This document shows, piece by piece, positions 9,534-19,800 of a stretch of 64,000 nucleotides of DNA. Under the pieces are notes generated by a model. That model saw nothing but the letters and a program-made list of their open reading frames with translations. It was not told where the DNA came from and did no database searches. The position numbers and the translations under genes were made by a program. This DNA comes from Sedimentisphaerales bacterium. Lineage in GTDB: Bacteria > Planctomycetota > Phycisphaerae > Sedimentisphaerales > SM23-30. The stretch spans positions 96,001 to 160,000 of the forward strand of contig CAXXFK010000028.1 in the NCBI GenBank assembly GCA_963663965.2, in the 5' to 3' direction. How positions within the stretch are numbered: position 1 is the stretch's first letter; each line of letters begins with the position of its first letter.

Positions 9534-11567
9534 ATGAAGAAAAGACTATTGCTATTTATGTTATTATTGATTGGTGTGCTGTCTGCTGGTGTAAAGGCAG
9601 AAGTAGTTGGATTTAATGTTTCTGGCAACTGGGATAAACCCAAGCTGGAAGGTCTGACTGCTGAAGGGTGCAGTCAATGGACTGATGCGTTATCTAACAA
9701 TGGCACAGGGCTTGAATTGATTGGTACAGATGGGTTGGTTACTGTTGACTGGTCTTCAAACAATCTTTGGGATGCAGGGCCAGAAACTGAAGTTGAGAAT
9801 AAATTGTACCGTATGTATCTGGATGATGGTGGCAATGGTGTACATGTTACCATTCATGGCATTGGTGACTGGATGGATTCCATTGGAGCAGCTGGTTGTA
9901 TTTTGAGAATTTACCAGAATAGTGATGGAAACTATGGTGAGTTTCAGGAAATACAGATCTTGAACAAGTATGGTTTGCTGGAAACAGCTGTAATGGATCC
10001 TAATATAATATTTAATCCAATTGCTCCAAATCCTCCAACACCAGGGGATGAGTATAATGGTGAAAGAGGGTTCGTAGATGTACAGACAATGATTTTTGAA
10101 AACACGATAGATATCGATTTTCACGACCGTGCTGATGGTGAACCTCGCAGTACGATGGCCGCATTTAAATTATCTACTGTTAGTGAATTTTATGCGACAC
10201 AGCCAAGTCCTAAACAGTTGTCTGAAGCTCCAGTAACAAAGGTGCTTACCTGGCAGCAGGCAGCGGATGCCAACGGTCAGGAAGTTAGTTATAATGTATA
10301 TTTTGGTGATCCTAACGAACTGTCGCCAGACTATTATGCTAATCATCTTGTGAAAACAACCACAAGTAATCCAGAGGACTTTTTCTATGCCCCAGCTGTA
10401 ATGGATAATAGTACTGAATATGCATGGAGAGTTGATACTGTTGTTCCTGGTGATGGTGTGTATACAGGTTTTGAATGGAAGTTTGTAACTCAGCCACCAT
10501 TAGCCAGGGTTGAAACTGATCCTGTCGGCATGACTGTGGAAGCAGGGACAGAAGAAGTTCAGCTAACTGTAGATTCGATAAATTCCACAGTTTATCAATG
10601 GTATAAAAATGGTGAGCTATTAGATGATGATGCAACAGGCACTTTATATACCGGTGAAGATACTATGACTTTGACTATTTATGATGTTCAGACTGACGAT
10701 GAAGGCTTATACTATTGTGTAGTTGATAACAGTATGGAAACTCCGGATCAGTCTGAGGCTGCTCTGTTAATTACCGAACGTATGGTCGGATGGTGGAAGA
10801 TGGATGGTGACCTTACAGATTCGATCAATGATGTTGTCGCCGATGTTCCATTCTTTAATGGTTCAGTGATCGATCCGAATTTTGCTGAAGGTATTGATGG
10901 CAGTGCATTTGAATGTTTTGGTGAAGAAGAAAGTGTTATTACTATTAGCGGCAGTGCTCAATGGTATAATTTCTATCCTAATGGCTATACCGTAAGTGCA
11001 TGGGTTAAAAATACTCAGGCTGGAGTTTGGGCCTCTTATGTTAATAAACAGCAGCGTGCGGATACTCCATGGAAAGGTTATTCACTAGGGCAGGAAAGCA
11101 GCAATGCAATTCATACTCTTCGTGAGGCGGACCCAGGTGATGGACTCAGTTCCGGGTATGATGTAACTGATGACCAGTGGCATCTTGTGACAGGGACATT
11201 TGATGCTGTTAATGGTGAGCTGATAATATATATTGATGGTGTAGCACGCAATACAAGAGCAACTGTTCAGGAACCTGACACTAATGATTTTGATGTTATG
11301 TTTGGAGCAGAACTGCCGGATGCCACAGTGTCTCCATATGATGGCTTACTTGACGATGTGCGTATCTGGTCTTATCCGCTGGACCCTGTTTCTGTTGCTA
11401 AGTTATATGTTGAATTTAACCCTGATAGTAAGGTCTGTGTTGAAAATCCATTAATGGATATTTCTGGTCCAAATGGTGAAAGAGACTGTGTTGTAGACCT
11501 GTTTGATGTATTAGAAGTAGCCGCCCAGTGGCTGGAATGTAATATTGTTCCTGATTGTTTGAATTAG
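9534..11567 (+). CDS. Secreted Ig-like + LamG protein with half-dockerin-like C-terminus
   Basis: AAGGAG RBS before ATG 9534; signal peptide; YQWYKNG...DEGLYYC (Ig); LamG (YTVSAWVK, WHLVTGTFD, GLLDDVRIW); RDCVVDLFDV..VAAQWL. Confidence 0.85.
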   Translation: MKKRLLLFMLLLIGVLSAGVKAEVVGFNVSGNWDKPKLEGLTAEGCSQWTDALSNNGTGLELIGTDGLVTVDWSSNNLWDAGPETEVENKLYRMYLDDGGNGVHVTIHGIGDWMDSIGAAGCILRIYQNSDGNYGEFQEIQILNKYGLLETAVMDPNIIFNPIAPNPPTPGDEYNGERGFVDVQTMIFENTIDIDFHDRADGEPRSTMAAFKLSTVSEFYATQPSPKQLSEAPVTKVLTWQQAADANGQEVSYNVYFGDPNELSPDYYANHLVKTTTSNPEDFFYAPAVMDNSTEYAWRVDTVVPGDGVYTGFEWKFVTQPPLARVETDPVGMTVEAGTEEVQLTVDSINSTVYQWYKNGELLDDDATGTLYTGEDTMTLTIYDVQTDDEGLYYCVVDNSMETPDQSEAALLITERMVGWWKMDGDLTDSINDVVADVPFFNGSVIDPNFAEGIDGSAFECFGEEESVITISGSAQWYNFYPNGYTVSAWVKNTQAGVWASYVNKQQRADTPWKGYSLGQESSNAIHTLREADPGDGLSSGYDVTDDQWHLVTGTFDAVNGELIIYIDGVARNTRATVQEPDTNDFDVMFGAELPDATVSPYDGLLDDVRIWSYPLDPVSVAKLYVEFNPDSKVCVENPLMDISGPNGERDCVVDLFDVLEVAAQWLECNIVPDCLN

Positions 11568-11607
11568 GATAAATCCTTTTAATTAGAGGTAGACTTTAGA
11601 TTATTTT

Positions 11608-11701
11608 GACTTTTGTGCTATTATGCTGGTATTAACTTTGGTGATACAACTTCTGGCTTTGCCGGTTTATACTTGTTATAATAACACAAAAGTCTTTTTT
11701 T
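11608..11701 (+). terminator. Long imperfect hairpin followed by a T-run
   Basis: GACTTTTGTG (11608-11617) pairs with CACAAAAGTC (11685-11694), partial inner pairing, then T7. Confidence 0.5.
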
Positions 11702-11710
11702 GGAGTATTC

Positions 11711-14134
11711 ATGAATAAAATTTGTTTTTGCATTAAATTTGTTTCTGTTCTTGTATTGCTGTCTGTCTTGCCGGCCTGCCAGGCAGAACAGGGAGATCTT
11801 CAGCTTAGAACTCCGGACAGCAATGTGTTATTTGTATTTGATTCTGATAAAAGTAATAAGACATATTCGGTATTTTCACCAGATAAATCTGTTGAGGTTA
11901 GAATATCAGCGGCAGGTGGTCTTCAATATTCAGTCTTGCTGAATGGGGAGGTTATAGTCAATCCATCCGGCTTAAGTTTACTGTTGGATGATGATCTGGA
12001 AACTGGGATTGATGTTACCGTAGAGTCTGAATTGTCGTCTCATAGTAATAAATCATGGCAGATGGTATGTGGTCCAAGGAAAACAATATCGGATAACTAT
12101 AACCAGATCGTATTGAATATAAAAGAAAACGCATCTGATTTGGTATATGCTTTAGAGTTTCGTGCTTATGATGAGGGAGCTGCTTTTAGATATGTATTTC
12201 CCAAGACAAATACCGATGTAATAAAGATCAAAGAAGAATTTACAGAATTTAATTTCGCTGGCAATTATACCTGCTGGCCTACTTTTTACGGAAGCTATTC
12301 TACAATGCAGGAGAAGTTGTATGTAGAGTCAACGCTGTCAGATATACTGCCTGGTTCAATTGTTGGGTTGCCTTTAACTGTTGACCTTGGAGCCAGGGGC
12401 TATTGCTCAATAGCTGAAGCGGCATTAGTTGACTATGCCGGCTCGTACCTGACAACTTCTGGTGCGGTGGAGCTGTATTCAAGCCCTGAACTGAATGGCA
12501 ATAGTGATGGTGTTAAGGTTTCTGTCGATCTGCAGGATAATGCCAGCCAGTTAATGTTGAAGGTTGACAGTTTAGGCAGTATAAATTTCGATCATGTCGA
12601 TATTGCTGAAGCTAAGTTAATCAGGGCTGACGGAACCTATATATGGTTAAGTGATCAGGCACCTGTATCTGCGAGGCAGGATTGGGGAAGTCTGCATATA
12701 AATGAAAGTGTTGATGGAAATCCTATTACTATAAACGGTCAGCAATACCAAAAAGGGCTTGGCTGTCATGCCAATGCAGCAATAACCTATAATGTTGATC
12801 CTGAATTTGTCCGGTTGGAATGTATTGTTGGCATAGATTCAGAGGTTGAAAGTGAAGGTAGTGCTCAGGTTTCTGTTTTTGCTAATGCTGTAGTTAAGGA
12901 CAGCTACTCTATATGTACAACTCTGTCGCGTCAGCAGGAGCAGGCTGTGACAGTTGATCTTGGAACATCAGGCCGCAGTCCATGGCGTGTTATTATGTTG
13001 GGTAATGAGCCAGTAGACTTGTTAAATTCTGACATTATTGTCAATCTGAATGAGGCATCTAAAATAACTGATACATCATGGATCACACCTGGTGTTGCCA
13101 GCTGGAACTGGCTTACCACTTATCATGGCTTGACTATGGATGCGATCAAGGGCTTTATCGATCTGTCATCTCAGATGAATTGGGAATATGCATTGGTTGA
13201 CGATGGATGGTATAAGAACGGTAACTGTACAACTTCGCAGGATTTTATGGACATACCGGCATTAGTCCAATATGCCGCTCAAAGAAATGTAAAAGTATGG
13301 CTCTGGGTTCACTGGGAAGCTTTGAATGCTCGTATGGATCAGGCTATGGCTCTTTATGAGAGTTGGGGAATTGCAGGTATAAAAGTAGATTTTATGTCGC
13401 GGGATGATCAGTGGATGGTTGATTGGTATCACCAGGTGCTGGGAAAAGCTGCTTCTCATAAGCTGATGGTAAACTTCCATGGGTGTTATAAGCCGGCAGG
13501 TGTCCGTAGGACATGGCCGAATCTTATAACCAGGGAGGCGGTTTATGGCCTGGAACAGAATTTTTCCACTTATAATGACCCTGTTCATAAGACAATTCTG
13601 CCTTTTACCAGGATGCTGGTTGGACCTATGGACTATACCCCGGGCAGTTTTAATAATGAGTCAAGGTCTACGTGGAGTAATACTACCCCGGTTTCGACAT
13701 TGGGAACACGTTGTCAGGAGTTAGCATTGTGTTTGATCTATGATAGTCCTATAGTTAATATGGCTGGCAACCCAGAAGGATATTACGGCCAGCCGGGAGC
13801 TGATTTCCTTAATGGCTTACCTACATCATGGGATAATACTATTGCTCTGGATGGCAAAATCGGTAAATACTATGTATCTGCCAGACAAATAGGTAATAAC
13901 TGGTATATTGGCGGTATTACCAACTGGGATGCCAGAACTATGCAGATCCCACTTGATTTTCTAGCTTCGGGCCAGACTTATAGTATGACTATATATGAAG
14001 ATGGGCTGGGAGCATTTAGTGACAATTTCAGAGATGTGAGTGTTCGCAAGCTATCTGTCGACTCCAGTGATAACGTTGCCTTTAATCTTGCATCGGGCGG
14101 CGGATTTACTGCTATTTTGACTTGCTCAGAATAA
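11711..14134 (+). CDS. Glycoside hydrolase family 97 (retaining, alpha-galactosidase-like) with inserted NPCBM-like module
   Basis: FRAYDEGAAFRY, SPWRVI, SWITPG..SWNW, LVDDGW, GIKVDFM (Asp nucleophile of retaining GH97), FHG..KP.G..RTWPN..TREAV, PFTRMLVGPMDYTPG. Confidence 0.93.
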   Translation: MNKICFCIKFVSVLVLLSVLPACQAEQGDLQLRTPDSNVLFVFDSDKSNKTYSVFSPDKSVEVRISAAGGLQYSVLLNGEVIVNPSGLSLLLDDDLETGIDVTVESELSSHSNKSWQMVCGPRKTISDNYNQIVLNIKENASDLVYALEFRAYDEGAAFRYVFPKTNTDVIKIKEEFTEFNFAGNYTCWPTFYGSYSTMQEKLYVESTLSDILPGSIVGLPLTVDLGARGYCSIAEAALVDYAGSYLTTSGAVELYSSPELNGNSDGVKVSVDLQDNASQLMLKVDSLGSINFDHVDIAEAKLIRADGTYIWLSDQAPVSARQDWGSLHINESVDGNPITINGQQYQKGLGCHANAAITYNVDPEFVRLECIVGIDSEVESEGSAQVSVFANAVVKDSYSICTTLSRQQEQAVTVDLGTSGRSPWRVIMLGNEPVDLLNSDIIVNLNEASKITDTSWITPGVASWNWLTTYHGLTMDAIKGFIDLSSQMNWEYALVDDGWYKNGNCTTSQDFMDIPALVQYAAQRNVKVWLWVHWEALNARMDQAMALYESWGIAGIKVDFMSRDDQWMVDWYHQVLGKAASHKLMVNFHGCYKPAGVRRTWPNLITREAVYGLEQNFSTYNDPVHKTILPFTRMLVGPMDYTPGSFNNESRSTWSNTTPVSTLGTRCQELALCLIYDSPIVNMAGNPEGYYGQPGADFLNGLPTSWDNTIALDGKIGKYYVSARQIGNNWYIGGITNWDARTMQIPLDFLASGQTYSMTIYEDGLGAFSDNFRDVSVRKLSVDSSDNVAFNLASGGGFTAILTCSE

Positions 14135-14212
14135 TATAGCGGCATAAAGATTGCCTTTTTTCCTTTTCTCTACTCGGTAGATATGAGTTAGAGTTTAGTG
14201 TTATAATTGTGT

Positions 14213-14248
14213 AAGAGCCTTGTAAGTATTGACTTATGAGGCTTTTTT
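14213..14248 (+). terminator. Hairpin terminator / REP-like element, copy 1
   Basis: AAGAGCCTTGTAAG-TATTGA-CTTATGAGGCTTTTTT; near-identical copy at 21709. Confidence 0.7.
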
Positions 14249-14377
14249 CTGTTTTGCACTTGTGCTTTTTTGCATTATATATACTATTGAGCGACAATTA
14301 AAAAATACAAAATTAGTGGTATCAAAATATGGAATATTTGGGTGGAAATCGAATATTCTTCTAAAAAAATAAAAAAA

Positions 14378-14410
14378 TGTACACATTTCTGACAATTGAG
14401 TGATTAAGTA
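14378..14410 (+). promoter_or_regulatory. Candidate ECF promoter, copy 2 (TGTACACA-N10-TTGAGTGATTAAGTA)
   Basis: Matches 23111-23143 at 22 of 23 box positions with identical spacing. Confidence 0.65.
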
Positions 14411-14517
14411 AATGTCCATCTAGTTGCAAAGGCTGATTAATCTCAGATTTTCATAGATATAGCATTTAAGATCTAAAAGTGATGTGTATTATTTAATTTT
14501 TTGAAAAGGAAGAAAAG

Positions 14518-16704
14518 ATGAAAAGATTAAATCTGTTATGTATGGGTTTAACGCTCATGTCCAGTACTCTGTTTGCTGATCAAATTTTTACTGATTCATT
14601 TGAGTACAATGACTGGCCAGAAGCTGTGGCGGCGGGATGGGAAGCTGCTTATGGCAATGTTGAAACTGAAGTTTCATTTGTTAATAGTGCACCAAATAAT
14701 GATGGTGTTACTGATGGGGCAAAAGCTCTTAAGATAGATGTACCTGGCGGTGGTGCAAATTTAGGGATTATTCACCCGTTTTCTTCCGAATTACAACGTG
14801 AGTGGACTTTGAGCTTTGACTGGTATTTGACTGGTACAAGTACAGGTGAGCTGCCTGAGACTGGTATGCGTACCCAAGTTAAGGTTAAAAGCAGTGCTAA
14901 TAATGACGAGGTTGGTTTCTGGGTACAGTACAATAACGATGGTGGTGGTGTTTATCCAAGAACTCTCGACTTTATTGTAAATACAACTACTGGAAGTACT
15001 GGTTGGGTAAGGATCGATAAATTATATAACAGTGGTGATCATACTATTGGCGATTTCCCATTAGCTATGAAAAACGGCTGGAATCATATTGAGCTCTCTT
15101 CAGCAGTTCAGGGCGATCAGGATCTTATTACAGTAATTGTAAATGATATTGAAATATATACTACTACCGGTGAATATGCTATTGCCATGGATGAAGTTCT
15201 GTTTGGTTACTGGCATTATGCATATGCTGACAGAGATGGTTATTTCGATAATGTGAAAATTGGTTCAGGTGCTCTGAAAGGTGCTCATAACCCAATTCCT
15301 GGTATTGGTGACACTGGTGTTCTTACAACAGATTCACTGGTTTGGGAAGCCGGCCTTGATCCAAATGATCTAACAATGGTAAATCCACAGATCAAAAAGC
15401 ATTATGTATGGTTAAGTTCAGGAAGTGAAACTGACCCAAATATGACACTTGTTGATACGATCAATGTTACTGATTATACTGATCCTGCAAATGGTTGTAT
15501 TTATACTCCTGCTGCAGAATTGAAATATGACAGCACATATTACTGGATGGTTGAAGAAGGTCTTGATAATGGCTCTGGCGGTGTATATCCAGCTGGTAAT
15601 GATAATAATATTGCCATGTCACTTTGGAGTTTCAGGACAATTGCCACTGTACCTGAGATTTTATTGCAGCCAGGTTCAGTAAAGGTAGATCCTGCTTCGA
15701 CAGTAGAATTTGATGTTGAATACTTATCAAATAGTGCTGTTTCTGATGTTACCTGGTATAAAAATGACATGCCATTAACTTCTGGTGGAAATGTGTCAAT
15801 TGTCTGGGATCAGGATTCTTCAACATTGACTATTGAAAATGTCAGCAGTAATGATGATGGCGATTATTATGCTGTTGTTACTAATAGTGCTGATGCTGTT
15901 CCATCTGATACAGTCAAACTGGTTACTAATAAATTACTGGCTTGGTATCAATTCGAACAAAATGCCGATGACTCAGCCGGTACCAATAGTGGCACTGAAG
16001 AAAACGGTATGACTTATGTTGCTGGTAATGTTACAGATGATGGCCAGGTGTATGCGGCTGATCCTAATGGAACAGATTATATACTGCTAAGTAAAGATGC
16101 TTATCCTAAAGCCGGATTAGGTAATGGTCTGGAAGAGTTTACCTATAGCTGCTGGGTTAGTCTTGAAGAGGGTGAAGGTGGTATTCTTCTTGGCGTATTC
16201 AATGAAGGTGCTACTACAGGAATGAGATTCAGTATCAATTCTGTTGAAAATGACATTAGTGTTTTTATGAGACAGGAAAATGGGGCATCTATTCATCCTG
16301 CGACATCACCTTTGGCTGCTGACGGCCATTGGCACTATGTTGTTACTACATATGATGGTACTGACATGAAAATATATGTAGATGGTATTCTTAAGTCAAC
16401 TGTGACAAATCAGCTGACAGACTTTGCTGAATGGCAATACCCAATGCCGCTTGTTGGTTTGAATTACCATGGCAGTATCAACGATCGTTTTAACGGTAAG
16501 ATTGATGATCTGAAGATCTATAATTATGCGATCTCTAAAGCGGAAGTCATTCAGGAATACCTTGCTGTTGAAGGTGGCTGGATCTGTAATGATGAACAGC
16601 CTGACCTGATTTATGACTTTGATAATAACTGTCAGGTGGATCTTGGCGACTTTGCAATATTCGCAGGTTACTGGCTTGATAGCAATCGTATTTATGCCGA
16701 ATGA
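14518..16704 (+). CDS. Secreted lectin-like + Ig + LamG protein with half-dockerin-like C-terminus
   Basis: GAAAAGGA RBS, signal peptide; TYYWMVEE module, TWYKN..DDGDYY (Ig), LamG, YDFDNNCQVDLGDF..FAGYWL. Confidence 0.87.
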   Translation: MKRLNLLCMGLTLMSSTLFADQIFTDSFEYNDWPEAVAAGWEAAYGNVETEVSFVNSAPNNDGVTDGAKALKIDVPGGGANLGIIHPFSSELQREWTLSFDWYLTGTSTGELPETGMRTQVKVKSSANNDEVGFWVQYNNDGGGVYPRTLDFIVNTTTGSTGWVRIDKLYNSGDHTIGDFPLAMKNGWNHIELSSAVQGDQDLITVIVNDIEIYTTTGEYAIAMDEVLFGYWHYAYADRDGYFDNVKIGSGALKGAHNPIPGIGDTGVLTTDSLVWEAGLDPNDLTMVNPQIKKHYVWLSSGSETDPNMTLVDTINVTDYTDPANGCIYTPAAELKYDSTYYWMVEEGLDNGSGGVYPAGNDNNIAMSLWSFRTIATVPEILLQPGSVKVDPASTVEFDVEYLSNSAVSDVTWYKNDMPLTSGGNVSIVWDQDSSTLTIENVSSNDDGDYYAVVTNSADAVPSDTVKLVTNKLLAWYQFEQNADDSAGTNSGTEENGMTYVAGNVTDDGQVYAADPNGTDYILLSKDAYPKAGLGNGLEEFTYSCWVSLEEGEGGILLGVFNEGATTGMRFSINSVENDISVFMRQENGASIHPATSPLAADGHWHYVVTTYDGTDMKIYVDGILKSTVTNQLTDFAEWQYPMPLVGLNYHGSINDRFNGKIDDLKIYNYAISKAEVIQEYLAVEGGWICNDEQPDLIYDFDNNCQVDLGDFAIFAGYWLDSNRIYAE

Positions 16705-16767
16705 TCTGGAATTATAGATTATTAAATAATCTGTAACGGTTTATATTATGTATTTATATTGAGAATC

Positions 16768-16813
16768 ACAGAGGGATTGACTGGTTCAGATCAGCCAGTT
16801 CCTCTGTTTTTTT
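16768..16813 (+). terminator. Intrinsic terminator-like hairpin
   Basis: ACAGAGGGATTGACTGG...CAGCCAGTTCCTCTGT followed by a T-run. Confidence 0.65.
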
Positions 16814-16831
16814 ATGTAAGGGAAAGTTTGA

Positions 16832-19800
16832 ATGAGAATTCTGGTTACCTGTGTTATTATGTGCCATATGGCTATGTGTTCATTTTTGTTAGCTGGCGAA
16901 TTAAACATTGCTTCTGATAATAGTATTTCAAGAGCCCCTGACCGTCAAAAGCAGGATGCGATTGTTTTGCGGTCAAATGATTTCCATGAAGGAGGTTATC
17001 AATGGCGGATGATAAAAGAAGGGGACGCTGGAGTTGCTGGAGGCAGGGTTTCCCTTGTTGGCTATACTTCAGATGCGGCAATGGATGCAATTGTACCAGG
17101 TACTGTCCTTAATTCTCTTGTATATAACAAAGTATATCCTGAACCTTATTTTGGAATAAATAATGCTAATGATAAGGATTTGATTCCGGATATTACTGAA
17201 GTTGGCCGAGAGTTTTATACCTACTGGTTTCGAACTGAATTTGAGCTTCCGGCTGACTATTCTGGCAAGCAGGTAATGCTGCGGCTTGACGGCATAAATT
17301 ATCGTGCTGAGATATGGCTAAATGGCCAGCAAATTGGCAATATGGCAGGTATGTTCAATCACGGATTTTTTGACGTCACTGATAATGTTAATTACGATGG
17401 GCCAAATGCTTTAGCTGTGCTGGTAAAGCCGGTTGATGTGCTTGGCGGATTTGATGTGAAAAATGATGAACCTCAGGCTGTAGGCGAGAATCGCAATGGT
17501 GGTGATGGTACCTTTGGTAAAAATGTAACTCAGCTTATGTCGATCGGATGGGATTTTACTTTTTCTGATGGTATTCGTGATCGAAATACTGGTATTTGGA
17601 AAGATATTACGATTTTCCCTGTTGACTCTGTAGAGTTGCGTAATCCTTTTATCAAGTGTGACCTGGTTATGCCTGATATGACAAGCTCCCGTCAGGATAT
17701 TAGTGTGGAAGTAATAAACCATACATCAATATTCCAGAGTGGTGTATTGAGAGCTGTTATTGATGGTATGTCTGTAAATATTGAAAAGAATGTTAGTTTA
17801 ACCCCAAATGAGGCAAAAACTGTATATTTATCGCCGGATGAGTATGAGTCGCTTACATGCCTCAATCCTGAACTGTGGTGGCCAATAAATAAGGGACCGC
17901 AGAACCTGTATCACCTCACATTGAGTTTTGAACAGAATGGGACTGTAAGTGATACAGAAGAAACCCGTTTCGCAGTACGTCATGTTACCAGTGATCGCAA
18001 TACTCCGGATAGCAGTCGACAGTTCTATGTGAACGGAAAACCTATCTTTCTGCATGGCACTAACTGGATCCCAGAGGCAATGTTGAGAAAGACCGACGAG
18101 AGAATGTATGCTGAAATGCGATACACACAGCAGGCAGGCATAAACTTTATTCGTTTTTGGGGTGGTGGTATTGTCGAGTCTGATTACTTCTATGATCTTT
18201 GTGATGAATTAGGGATTATGGTATCAATGGAGTTCTGGCAGTCTGGTGATACGGTTTTGCCGGCCGATTATGATCTGTATCGGGAAAATTTTGCTGATAC
18301 GATCAAGGCATTACGTAATCATCCTAGTGTCGTATATTATATTTCTGCTAATGAGCGTGGTGCCAGCAGTGTTGTGCCGGTTACCGATTTGGTACAGAGT
18401 TTGGATGGCACTCGCGGCTATCAGGCTGGTTCAGAGATTGAAGGTATTCATGACGGCAGCCCATATAAGTATGTTAATCCGATGTTCTATTACGATGACA
18501 GTGCTTCCGATCGCGGCAGCAGGATATATGGCCTGTGTCCAGAATATGGTACTCCTTGTCTGCCTACGCTGGATTGTCTGGAGGAAATGATGGATGTCAG
18601 CGATATATGGCCGGTAAATGAGACTGTTTGGGATTATCATGATGGGGCAGGTTTCCATGATATGGTTGCTAAATATGTGCCGGCTATGCAGCAATATGGT
18701 TCTATCGAATCGGCCGAAGAGTTGGCATGGAAAGGGCAGATGGTTGGAGCTGTTGGATATCGCAGTTTATGGGAGTGCTGGACTTATAATCGTCTGAACA
18801 ATGGAGATCGATATTCTTCTGGTGTCTGGTTCTGGTATCATAATAGTCCGACAAGGCAAGTCTGCGGGCGAATGTGGGACTGGTCGCTTGAGCCGACTGC
18901 CGCATTATATTATTCGCAGGATGCCCATGAGCCGATCCACGCTCAGTACGATTTTATTAAAAATACTGTCTCTGTAAATAATGAATTTTATACACCGTTT
19001 GAAGGTTCAGTTCAGATTCGTGTTTTCAATCAGGATATGTCACTCAAGTACGAAAAGCAAACAACAGTTTCTGTTGGCTCCGATATGGTTGCAAATGATG
19101 TTATCCATGCTGAATTGCCTTCTGATTTATCACCTGTTCATTTTATACGTCTTGACATTTTTGACAGCAATGGTAGTTATGTAGCTGATACTTTCTATTG
19201 GTGTTCAAATAGCGAGTATGATGGCCAAAAGACATATACCGGCCCGCTGTATTCTGGATTCCAGGATATTGAAAAGCTTCCAAATATCTCGCTGGATTCA
19301 GTAGTAGAAATGAAAAATGGTAAATATAAGGTAACTATAACTAATCAATCTGAATCTCTTGCGTTTATGGTTCGTGTCAAGCTGGCAGATTCCAGTGACC
19401 TTAAGCCTGTAAGGCCTTCATTCTACTCTGATAATTTCTTTAGTCTGCTGCCGGGAGAGGAAAAGGTTGTTACTATTGAATCTTATAAGTATGAACCATC
19501 AGCTATTGTGCAGATCAGCGGTTGGAATGTAGTGGAGACATCAACGCCTATCAATGATATGCCGCCTGTTACCGATGGCCTGGTAATGTGTCTGGATGCC
19601 GATGCTATAGCCGGAGTTGAAGATGGAGTATCAATAGGCAGCTGGGTTGATATTTCCGACTCTGGTAATGATGCTTCCCAGATGTTAAGTGAAACGCAGC
19701 CTGTATATGATACTTATTCTGAGGTACTGGGTAAGCCTGTAGTTTGCTTTGACGGCATAGATGACTATTTAGATCTTAATGATGATATGATAAGCCTTGG

